This document shows, in pieces, positions 9,198 to 18,624 of a stretch of 64,000 bases of DNA (position 1 is its first letter; each line of letters begins with the position of its first letter). This DNA is from Trypanosoma brucei. Lineage: Eukaryota. The notes beneath the pieces were generated by a model. It was not told the origin of the DNA. It ran no database searches and saw nothing but the letters and a program-made list of their open reading frames with translations. A program made the position numbers and the translations under genes. The stretch covers positions 3,072,001 to 3,136,000 of the forward strand of contig CM000208.1 of assembly GCA_000002445.1 (NCBI GenBank), read 5' to 3'.

Positions 9198-11618
9198 TCA
9201 AGGATCACGCACGTCTGGCGGACACGCCCGTTCTTCAGAACTAATACCCAAAAAGCTTAAAAGCCCAAATGCGCGAAGCGATACGTCAATAGCTACCTCC
9301 AGTTTCGTACGGCTCAACGTCCCGCTCAACCACCAGGGGCCTTCCCTGTGAGCAAGCTTACCACCCTCCAACCCTAGTAGAACGCCACCAACCACGACAC
9401 ACTCATTTAAAAGTTCTTGTACCTTCAACATGCCCTCGCCCTCTCCGTCCCTCAAAGCGAGCAAGTCCTTAAGAGAGTTGGTAGAACGCAAAAAAGAAGA
9501 GCCCTTGTCCAGATCGCCGTCCGTTGTGGAAGCATCTTGACATAGAACACAGCGCCACTGTTCGTGCAGCCAAACAAAACCGTTAGAAAGTAGATCCTTG
9601 ACTACCTGCGGGTGGTGGTCAGCGTTGATGACTATTTTTCGCGCATGCGCAATAGAGGAAAGGTACGAAGCAGACTCGACGACTGCCCGCCACCGACAGG
9701 TGGCATCCCAAAGAAACTTCCCGTCATAAGCCTCGAATGCACGGACCCCAGCCGAAACAATCTCCACCCCTGGACCCTTGTACGGGCGCGTTCCGAACAG
9801 CATGCGCGCCGCTGCGAGCGTCATGAGCACAATCCTACGGTACGGTCCGCCATTTGGATTTAGGTGATAAACCGGCACTAGGCCAAATTTTGAATCTCCA
9901 CGACGATCCTCCCTGTGTTGCAAACCACCTTGCTCCCTTTCCTCCTCACCATAGTAGTGAAAAGAATCCCCATCGTTGCGGTCGATACCATAAAAGTCAG
10001 TAATGTTACACCACACTTCATCCTCCTTAGCAACTTGTAACCACAGCTTGCCTTTCATCCAATGATTTAGTTTTCTGATCTGTACTGGAGGTGAGACAGG
10101 AACTGGTCCGCTCAGCTTACGAAAAGCAGCAATGAAAAATCCGCCAGTATCGTCCTTGTGCGGTAACACGCGAAGAACTTTTCGGCCATCATATGAATTA
10201 GGTAATACGCTATTGCGGAGATGAGTTGTATCCGGTGAAAGAAGTCCACCAAAAGAGTGCAATTGAACTCCGCATTCCCTCAATATAGAAGAAACGTCAA
10301 GTAGTTCCACTGCATCCCCAAAAAGTTCCAAACCAGCACACACAACTTCTTCGTCTTCTTTCGGTTGCAAGCTACACGTGCTGTAGACAAGAATGCCATC
10401 CGTCTCCAACAAGTCCAAACCACGCCGAAGTAAAGCCCGCTGTGTTGGTAAAAGCGACTTCACGTAACCGGCACTCCATGAGCTTGCCAGTGACGGCTCT
10501 TTACGCAAAGTACCATCTCCACTGCAAGGAACATCGCAAATCACTCGATCAAAGCGTCTCTCTCCGAGGTGCATGTCCCCTTGTGTTGTAGGACACAATA
10601 AGCGTGGCCACTGCACGGCATCACAACGTGTACAAATAACATTGGGGGCGTGATATCTCTTCAAACGAGCGGGTAAAGTTTGTGTGGCCTTTACACGATC
10701 TTTTTCGTTTGCAACCATTACACCAGAAGAAACCGCCGAGCTGTTCCACCCGTTTTTCAACATTTCATCGAGAGCTTGCAACGTTTTGCTCCCAGGTGCA
10801 GCACACATATCCAACACGGTGTGGTGCGGTTGAATTCCAGCGACGATCACCGGTAAAGCGGAGACAACTTCCTGAAAGGATACAGCGCTTGCCGCATGAA
10901 GAGTTCGGCATATATGTTCAACGTAAGAGTCCGCGTGATACGCTGCATGTGAACAACCAAAAAGTGCCACGCTGGTGGGCATAAGAGGGACCACTGGTCG
11001 CAGCACTGAGCTCACTGTAGGATCATTTTTTAAAAACTCATTAGCAATAGAAACCATTACCCGCTCGTTTCGATGCACCCGCAATGTCATCGGAAGCGGT
11101 GACGTAGCACACGTAAGAAACTCGCACCATTCCTTACCAACATCAGCGCCGTTGGTGCACTCAAATAAGGATGCGAAACGGTCACCTTTGTAGTACTTCA
11201 GCAAAGGTGCATTCTCGTCCATGGGTATTTTACTGCCAACACCTCGACGACGGTCGTGGACGCTCAATGGTGCAGCTGCCTGATCGATAGCAAAGCACAA
11301 TTCCGTAACGTCAATACAATCAGGTGTCGAGCGGCTACGGGGAATGCGCCGTGCAATTTCCCATAAGTCGCAACCACTTACACTGTCGCCAAGCTCCTTG
11401 CAAAGACGAATGATGCCCTCGCCTTCGATAACAGGTGAAGCACCATCTCCATTGGACTCATCAACGCCCTCAGCCGCAGTTTGTTGGGTAGCAAACGACA
11501 GTAGAAAACGAAGTGGGGCAGATGGATCAAGTTGTGGAGAGACACGGGCGATGAGTGCAGACAGTGCGGGTGTTAGGGGGTTTCTCTGTCTTTTGCAGCG
11601 CTGTTTCGGTTTCCACAT
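9198..11618 (-). CDS. NOL1/NOP2/Sun (NSUN) family RNA cytosine-C5 methyltransferase, about 806 aa
   Basis: An AdoMet-binding motif (LDMCAAPGSKT), motif IV (DRVICDVPCSGDGTLRK) and motif VI (VYSTCSL) are present; these are the two catalytic-cysteine motifs of the m5C RNA methyltransferase family. The track ORF is 827 aa from a GTG at 11681. The first in-frame ATG is at 11616-11618 (MWKPKQRCKRQRNP…). Confidence 0.8.
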   Translation of the reverse strand: MWKPKQRCKRQRNPLTPALSALIARVSPQLDPSAPLRFLLSFATQQTAAEGVDESNGDGASPVIEGEGIIRLCKELGDSVSGCDLWEIARRIPRSRSTPDCIDVTELCFAIDQAAAPLSVHDRRRGVGSKIPMDENAPLLKYYKGDRFASLFECTNGADVGKEWCEFLTCATSPLPMTLRVHRNERVMVSIANEFLKNDPTVSSVLRPVVPLMPTSVALFGCSHAAYHADSYVEHICRTLHAASAVSFQEVVSALPVIVAGIQPHHTVLDMCAAPGSKTLQALDEMLKNGWNSSAVSSGVMVANEKDRVKATQTLPARLKRYHAPNVICTRCDAVQWPRLLCPTTQGDMHLGERRFDRVICDVPCSGDGTLRKEPSLASSWSAGYVKSLLPTQRALLRRGLDLLETDGILVYSTCSLQPKEDEEVVCAGLELFGDAVELLDVSSILRECGVQLHSFGGLLSPDTTHLRNSVLPNSYDGRKVLRVLPHKDDTGGFFIAAFRKLSGPVPVSPPVQIRKLNHWMKGKLWLQVAKEDEVWCNITDFYGIDRNDGDSFHYYGEEEREQGGLQHREDRRGDSKFGLVPVYHLNPNGGPYRRIVLMTLAAARMLFGTRPYKGPGVEIVSAGVRAFEAYDGKFLWDATCRWRAVVESASYLSSIAHARKIVINADHHPQVVKDLLSNGFVWLHEQWRCVLCQDASTTDGDLDKGSSFLRSTNSLKDLLALRDGEGEGMLKVQELLNECVVVGGVLLGLEGGKLAHREGPWWLSGTLSRTKLEVAIDVSLRAFGLLSFLGISSEERACPPDVRDP

Positions 11619-11986
11619 ATTCGCAAGAGGTAAGAACAAGCAGATATTCTTTGTATCCAAGTTCCTCCCGCACCAGTACACACGGACTCAGAAAAAATGA
11701 AGGATTTCGCCCAACCTCCACTTCGCTCACCCCTTCCCTTGTCCCCACTGACCCTGCTTCACTTTTATTCGATAACTCATTTCAAGCACACAGAAGGGAA
11801 AAAGAAAGCAGAGCGGTTCCCGCGCAACTTAGTTATGGGAGGTTTACTTCCAACCAACTGGGGCGATTGGAGCCGCACTACCGCACATTCAGTCGTTTTG
11901 GAGGGGAAATAAATGACACAAAAGAGACTTAACGGTGTAAGCACCCGTGGCTGAAAGTGTTTCTCGCTGTAAGAAGCACTTGAGGG

Positions 11987-12877
11987 TTAAACCTCCCAGA
12001 ATTCTTTTCCCTCTTTATTCCTCACGTTGCGGTCAGCACCTTGACGCAGCAGATATCGGCCAAGTTCCTCGTTGTTATCCATTGAGGCATAAAACAACGC
12101 AGTATCACCACGGTAGTCTTGAAGGTTAATCCACCGCTTGTGCTCTACTTCAGTATGCCGTTTTCGACTCGCACCCACAAGCTCCTCAACAACATCCAGT
12201 GAGCCCCTACCAATTGCACGATGAAGTGCGGATTGCCCACGTTTGTTTGTATGGGCAATGAAAGCCCCAGACTGCAGCAGAAAACTGACAATGGTGAGTC
12301 TCCCACGGCTGGCTGCGTGAAGGAGTGGTGTGTTGCCACTGTTGTCAGGTTGGTTGACAACGGCAATGCGATGTTCAGCAAGAGGTTCTTCCGTGTTTAC
12401 ACTGGCTTCCCCGCGTTTACTATCCCAAAATAGCTGTTGTGCGACATTCCACCTCCTCTGCTCCGCTGCCTTTGACAAGATAGTGGTCAGAAACTGTATA
12501 GGAGCCCCAACCATGCACGCGGTCAAAAACGGAGACGCCCCGTCGTGGTCCACGCTGTAGACGAGAGCATGATATGGAGCACTCATGAGTTTCCCAGCTA
12601 GCGAGTAGCTCTGCATCGCCACTGCCCAATGGAGCGCTGTCCTTCCATCATCATCTTGGTGGCTCCATGCACCCCCAAAACTGTGTTGCGCCACTATGTG
12701 TGACTCAAAGCTAATGTTGGCTGCCTGACAGAAAAGGGTTGGACCTCCATCTTCATCTTCCTTCAAGTCACTGCTGGCGTCGATGACCACAGCGCGTCCA
12801 GGGCACAACCTTTTGAGGCACTCCAAAACAGCATCGATTTCGTCACTCTTGCATATTTCCGACAGGTGATCACTCAT
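11987..12877 (-). CDS. Ankyrin-repeat protein, 296 aa
   Basis: At least four ankyrin-like repeats are present (GRTALHWAVAMQ…, GNTPLLHAASRGRLTIVSFLLQSGA, GQSALHRAIGRGSLDVVEEL, GDTALFYASMDNNEELGRYLLRQGADRNVRNKEGKE). The ATG is at 12875-12877. Confidence 0.7.
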   Translation of the reverse strand: MSDHLSEICKSDEIDAVLECLKRLCPGRAVVIDASSDLKEDEDGGPTLFCQAANISFESHIVAQHSFGGAWSHQDDDGRTALHWAVAMQSYSLAGKLMSAPYHALVYSVDHDGASPFLTACMVGAPIQFLTTILSKAAEQRRWNVAQQLFWDSKRGEASVNTEEPLAEHRIAVVNQPDNSGNTPLLHAASRGRLTIVSFLLQSGAFIAHTNKRGQSALHRAIGRGSLDVVEELVGASRKRHTEVEHKRWINLQDYRGDTALFYASMDNNEELGRYLLRQGADRNVRNKEGKEFWEV

Positions 12878-13255
12878 CCCACAGTTGGTCCCCCCTTTAT
12901 TCCTACGGCGCGAGGCCCATTAACGTTAGTGACAACAAACAGTCAGAGAACGCGTGGGGAAAGATATGACAAAGGAAACGACATCAGCAGCACAGTTTTC
13001 AGTTTGAGTCGTGGAAGGGATCCCCAAAAGACAACACATCCTCATTTTCGCATTACAAAATACATCAGGAACACTACGATAAAGGTAAAGTAACACATGG
13101 ACAAAGCACCGCAGGAAAAAAAAAAGAAACAAAACAAAATGCGATACAACGTTTGAAGCATAATCATGACGGCGATGGTTCACCATCTTCGCTTCCTTGG
13201 TTATTGTTAACTAACTGCGAAAATAGATATACTCACGATAACGAAAAGGGGGAAG

Positions 13256-15118
13256 CTAGGTTCCCTGTCCAGTGTTACCCACCAGGCGGTGGGATTTGCA
13301 AACTGCCGCTAAACCCAATGTGAATCCCATACTGGGTAGAAACTCGGCCATCACTTCGAGGAAGGGAATGAAGATATAGTTTATGAACGACGTCTGTCCC
13401 TCAGCAATCATAGGGGTTTGGCGGTCCATGAACGGACTACATGACATACCCAGGGATCGCTCCCGGTCACCTTGCGTGTAGAACTCGTCGGACACCCTCT
13501 CGCTCCATTTAAGGTATAACGGAAGTGGACGACAACAATTCGAAATATCAGCCAGCTTTAGTGCCATCGCCAATGCGAGGTTCTGATCACAATCCTCCGT
13601 AAAAGGCCGCTTCTCGCTTAAACGACGCTTAAATTGCGTCATGTACTTCTCGTGCAAAGACATGTCAGTGGCCAATACCATGTCGATAACGGTATTTCGG
13701 AAATCTCGCCAGTGTTCCTCAGAAAAGCACGCCAAAATATTTAGCGCCGGATTTCTCATTAACTCAAATACGCTAGCAACGTGCATATTTTCCAGCACAC
13801 TACGATCATTGTAAAGCGTGGCGTTGTACGTTTGCGTCAGTATACTAAAGTTGTTGTTAATGCCGGGGTGATTGTAATCGTGAATAGCCGCCGCAAAAAG
13901 GGCTGCAAGCACTTGCCTGTCGTTCAACTTGCATAGCTCCGCCAGACCGCCTTTGCTTAACAGATAGTGTGTGATATGAAGCACGTCTGCCGCGTGCATC
14001 GAGTTATGATACGGATTAGCATGGTATCCACCTTCGACGGCACTGAGCCAGTTTAAAAAAATTCGCTCGTTGATTTCAAATTTACGAAGAAAACCATACT
14101 TGACTACGAGGGCGTACATTGTTATAAATAGTGCGCCGCAGCCAGATTGATCATTCTTGCAATTGATATCGTCCCCATCAATAGCTGCCTGAAGCTCAAA
14201 CACGTTGTAGTCCCAATCGTCCAACCCGTTTAATGCCTCCCAAACCATTTTGTGTTTTTTGCTCATTCGACTAAGACGTTCAGGTAGTTCTGACTCAGTG
14301 TAGGGATCAATCAAGCAGTTTGAAGCATTGCAAGCCTTCGATCCTTCAGTTTTTGGCCACCTACTCTTGATTAGCCGTAGAAGTTCCACATCGTATTCCT
14401 TGCACTCTTTCTTCTCGAATACCAGGCGGAGAAGTTTCCTTTCCGGTATATACGAGTCTTCGGCATGTGGACCCGAGGTTTCTCCGACACTTGTCTCCGA
14501 CACTTCCTTTGCTTTTGGGTTAATTTGATTTGATAAACGGGAAATATTGTCTCTTAATTTTCCAATCTTAAGAGTATTCTTGGTGTCCTGCTTTCTACGC
14601 CAAATATTGTTCTCACACAGCACGCGCACTTCCTCTTCCAGCATTCTCACCTGCAACTTTGCCTTTTCCAGCTCCTCCATTATCTTTTGAACTTTGTTTT
14701 TCTCCTCCTTAGGGTTTGCGTAAACGGCATTCGCGTCAACCAAACATTTGAGAATCGTCGCCGAGGTATCTTCCTCAGTTTTTTGAATGGGAAAGCAGAG
14801 CGCACTCTTCTCGCTACAGTCCTCTTTGCCACAAAGAATGTGCGCAGTATCCTCCGATCTTGCTAGAATGCTAACGCAATTGCCATTGAACGCATTCCGA
14901 AGTACGTCAAAGAACAGTCCCCACCCAGCATCTTTCCCGAGCTGATATTTGATCGTCTCTAGAGCCTCTTCACCAAAATTGCTTTGATAAAACTCACCAT
15001 TAGTGGTCGCCACGAAAAGCGCAAGCTGCCGAGCCGAGTTATCCATCTTGGCCATAGTAGAGGACCCATCAGATGTAACGGCAAACATGGTCGGGCACTT
15101 TCGGAGCGCTTCCAACAT
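13256..15118 (-). CDS. PDEA: Class I 3',5'-cyclic nucleotide phosphodiesterase, 620 aa
   Basis: The C-terminal catalytic domain carries the class I PDE metal-binding signatures YHNSMHAADVLH and HDYNHPG. The track ORF begins at a TTG. The first ATG (MLEALRKCP…) gives 620 aa, the size I recall for TbrPDEA, and it sits immediately upstream of a PKA catalytic subunit gene. The symbol relies on that recalled size and gene order. Confidence 0.85.
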   Translation of the reverse strand: MLEALRKCPTMFAVTSDGSSTMAKMDNSARQLALFVATTNGEFYQSNFGEEALETIKYQLGKDAGWGLFFDVLRNAFNGNCVSILARSEDTAHILCGKEDCSEKSALCFPIQKTEEDTSATILKCLVDANAVYANPKEEKNKVQKIMEELEKAKLQVRMLEEEVRVLCENNIWRRKQDTKNTLKIGKLRDNISRLSNQINPKAKEVSETSVGETSGPHAEDSYIPERKLLRLVFEKKECKEYDVELLRLIKSRWPKTEGSKACNASNCLIDPYTESELPERLSRMSKKHKMVWEALNGLDDWDYNVFELQAAIDGDDINCKNDQSGCGALFITMYALVVKYGFLRKFEINERIFLNWLSAVEGGYHANPYHNSMHAADVLHITHYLLSKGGLAELCKLNDRQVLAALFAAAIHDYNHPGINNNFSILTQTYNATLYNDRSVLENMHVASVFELMRNPALNILACFSEEHWRDFRNTVIDMVLATDMSLHEKYMTQFKRRLSEKRPFTEDCDQNLALAMALKLADISNCCRPLPLYLKWSERVSDEFYTQGDRERSLGMSCSPFMDRQTPMIAEGQTSFINYIFIPFLEVMAEFLPSMGFTLGLAAVCKSHRLVGNTGQGT

Positions 15119-17226
15119 CGCCAACAGGGTACAATCCGCTCTCCTGGTTTCCCTAACTCCCTCCGTTTCTATCCCGCCAACCCCTCGCCTCTGGCTGAAG
15201 TTGCTGAAGGTGATGTCACACCTCCCGAGTTCCTAATAACCAACCGCCTCACCCCCGTATAGCGGCCTCGACTCTAACTTAGGTGGACGAAAAAAGAAGT
15301 TGAAAAGTGAAATCATAAACAAGCAGTGGTAGAAGAGTAAAAACGCAAACATACCCAACGTGGAAAAGCAGCTTCCACATACCCCGACAGAAGTAGTGAA
15401 CTTGTATGGCAACGAGAAGGATAAATATAAAGATACACAAAAATTAATGTGTACGATATTTACATATACATGTGTGCACAGAGGCGGAGAACACCCTAAA
15501 TAAGGAAAGATTAGAGAATAAAAGTGTGCGGACGACCCCGCACCACACAACTAACTCAAGGTAGCACAACTGCGCCCTTTTACCCTCTCCTTCTTTCTTC
15601 ATTGGTTAGGTTAAATGCATTACGTTATTTCCCAGCATAGGCATTCGAACAATAAATACAGAGAAAAAAGAAAAAAATTAAACTAGACAACGGCATTCAA
15701 AGGCATGTTGGACTCACCCCTGCCGTGCAGTGCATCTCAGTTCGCATCACTCAGGGAAGCAGACAAACGTGTATATATATATATATATATATATACTAAA
15801 ATAACTTAGGGCATAACATGGAAACTTGGTCAAAAATTACACTTTCGAAGGGAAACAAAAAGAAAGAAGGATAACCCCATTCATTCAAACGAAACAATGA
15901 GCCCCCACCAGCCACGCCGGCACGAAGTGGTGGCCACACCGATTCGAGGACACAACGTATGGACAGGTAAGCGCCACAAAAAAATGTCTGATTTCTGTCA
16001 ACGGAGCGAAGTGACCAAACAATCAAACAGAAAATGTGGGTGGAATGGTGCGAAATCAGTTCCTCGGGTTTGAGAAATTGTGGGGACGCACACCATCTCA
16101 GTGCAAGATCCATCTTGCAAGGAGCACTCGAAAGTTCATGCAACACAGTAAAGTGAACGTGGACACACAAACAACATCAATGTTTCCTCATAGCAGCAAC
16201 GCGGATTCGGTAGTGCTGCGACGCAACAAACAAAGGTTAATGGGTACCTAATAGTCGGGGTACATAACTATTTTGAGCGAGCGAGCGGAGTCCCTTCCAA
16301 AGCTTCCTCGGTTTTAAAATTGCCTGCAACGCTCATAAAAACACATATCCTCAAGATACCCGGCATTCGTCCACATCTAACCACCATCACCCTCTCGATT
16401 GTGAAAAAGAGCGATCATGTAACCGACTGCTTACGCGCACCTGGTGTTGCAGACTCACATCCACACGTCTCCCCCCGGTATTTCAGAAGAAGTCAAAAAC
16501 GGGAGAATAGGCCGCGCATTTCAGTGTGATCAAAAAGTTCAAAGCAACACTGCCATTACGTGCTTCCGTATTCTTACCCGATTTTATGCAGCTATAAAAA
16601 GATACGAGATACAACAACTTCCACCCTGGGACTCATATTTTACCCAATCGATGTATTTTTCACAATCATTTAGCATATAACAAACCCACTGCAGTATCAG
16701 GCACAAAAACAAATATATGTTGTCACTGTCCCCTCTCCCGTTTATTTCCGGGCGAACCCATTACCGCTGTCCCTGCCCACTGTGTGCATATTACTTTCTG
16801 CACCCTCACCAACACCTTTAGTTCGACCCCTCGCACAACCCGAAACGAAAGTTCACATAATCTATAAGGAGGGTAAAAGCATTCAACTGTATGATGGCAA
16901 TTCTGTGACGGAATAAAAAAGGGGCTCCTCAAAGGGGACAATCACATTCTCTAAGTAAGAGCCTCTGCTGTACTCCTCGTTGCTTTCGCAAACGAAATAC
17001 TTCTAACATGTGCCTCACCCCTCCTGCGGCACTTGAGGAGACAGCTTTGGCTCATGCCATTCTCCCCTTTGCTGCTTCTGACACTGCCAAACACGAGCAC
17101 GAAACCCGGAACCTGGCTTTTTGTCAACAGCAGAAAGAAATCACAGAAATCGGCTATTAGCAACAACATCTTAAGGGGTGCAAACATCACGGCTGTTGAT
17201 ACCGTTAAGGACGTCAAAGGAAGTGC

Positions 17227-18240
17227 TCAGATCCTCGTGTATTCACCATCGCAAAACCCCGAGAATAACTCCTGCTGTGCCTCAGTCAAAGGTTGAAGTG
17301 GATGGCGAGGACTTTCTGGATAACGATCGAAGTACCTAGTGTCACCATCGTTGTTTAGACGCACGTGAATGGGAGCGGCGACACCTCTCTGTAGGAGAAC
17401 GTTCCAATTAACCCCACTGTAGAACTTGTGTCGCTTAACGTCCTGCACACCACGTTTTACTGACCCAAGGCGTTTCGTTGGTTCAATTGTTAAAAAACTC
17501 TTTATGAGGTCCTTCGCCCGCATCTCCACCCACTTTGGAAACTGAAGTTTCCCCTCTAAAATTTTTTCGTATGTTCTAAAAGGACTCTCGTCGAAAAAAG
17601 GAGGATAACCGACAAGCATCTCATAGAGAAGAATTCCGAGTGTCCACCAATCCACAGCCCGATCGTGACCTTTACTTTGGATTATCTCCGGCGCAAGATA
17701 CTCTGGAGTCCCACATAGCGTGTACGTTCTGTCCCTAACGCGTTTCGCGAACCCAAAGTCCGTAATCTTAATGTTTCCCTGCTTGTCCAAAAGCACATTT
17801 TCTGGCTTCAAGTCACGGTATACGATGCCGCACTCATGAATATATTCAAACGCCAAAACCACTTCTGCGGAGTAGAACTTGGCTACATCATTAGGGAATT
17901 TTCCCGCCTTCCGGAGGTGGGAGAACAGCTCGCCACCCACCACATACTCGAGGAGGAGGTACAATCGGTCATCATCCATAAAACCTTTATACATTGTCAC
18001 AATAAATGGATGGCTCAACTCCTGTAGAATACTCGACTCGGCCAGTATATGGTCTACCTGTTTCATACGCAAAATTTCCTGCTTTTTAAGAATCTTCAAA
18101 ACAACGTATTGTCCAGAAGCCCTGTGTCTACATAGGCGGACGCGCCCAAAAGTACCGGTACCTATTGTCTCTCGGATCTCCAGGTCTTGCAGCTTCCAGC
18201 TGGACACGTCCTTCCTTGTCAGGCACCCATCCGACTTCAT
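17227..18240 (-). CDS. PKAC3: cAMP-dependent protein kinase (PKA) catalytic subunit-like AGC kinase, 337 aa
   Basis: The full ePK catalytic core is present: GTGTFGRV, VLKIL, HRDLKPEN, DFGFAK, GTPEYLAPE, DWWTLGILLYEM. The C-terminal AGC tail ends in an FxxF motif (…EAQQELFSGFCDGEYTRI). The similarity is closest to PKA-C. The symbol is assigned from its position next to PDEA and its 337-aa length, both from recall. Confidence 0.85.
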   Translation of the reverse strand: MKSDGCLTRKDVSSWKLQDLEIRETIGTGTFGRVRLCRHRASGQYVVLKILKKQEILRMKQVDHILAESSILQELSHPFIVTMYKGFMDDDRLYLLLEYVVGGELFSHLRKAGKFPNDVAKFYSAEVVLAFEYIHECGIVYRDLKPENVLLDKQGNIKITDFGFAKRVRDRTYTLCGTPEYLAPEIIQSKGHDRAVDWWTLGILLYEMLVGYPPFFDESPFRTYEKILEGKLQFPKWVEMRAKDLIKSFLTIEPTKRLGSVKRGVQDVKRHKFYSGVNWNVLLQRGVAAPIHVRLNNDGDTRYFDRYPESPRHPLQPLTEAQQELFSGFCDGEYTRI

Positions 18241-18404
18241 TTCCTATCCCTTAGACCCGTAATCGGGACCAAATATGCGCAGGAAGCTAGACTAAAGGTT
18301 TAATAATACCGCCACAGCGGATATTACTCTTTCCTCTCAACAACTTCCCGTTTCGATGAAGCTCGCTTCCCCGTGTCACACCTTTCAATACACGCTGTCC
18401 TGTT

Positions 18405-18450
18405 ACCGTTTCTTTGGAGAGGAGAAAAAAGGAAAAGAGGAAACTGCAGA
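18405..18450 (-). promoter_or_regulatory. Polypyrimidine tract plus AG: candidate trans-splice acceptor for the PKA-C mRNA
   Basis: The plus strand reads ggagaggagaaaaaaggaaaagaggaaactgcag, which is a 34-nt polypyrimidine tract on the minus strand. It lies about 170-200 nt upstream of the ATG at 18240, and an AG follows immediately downstream on the minus strand. Confidence 0.35.
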
Positions 18451-18624
18451 TACCCTCGTCGCCGAAAGCACAATGTTAAGAAGGAGAAGTACTTTATACG
18501 CTAAAAGATATTCTTCATGGGCATGCACGTGACAGACATTTATGAATGTCCTCCGAATGCATTTCTCTCACGGTTTCGAGGGAGAAATCGTCAAACACAG
18601 CATAAAACAAATGAAAGGTATCTT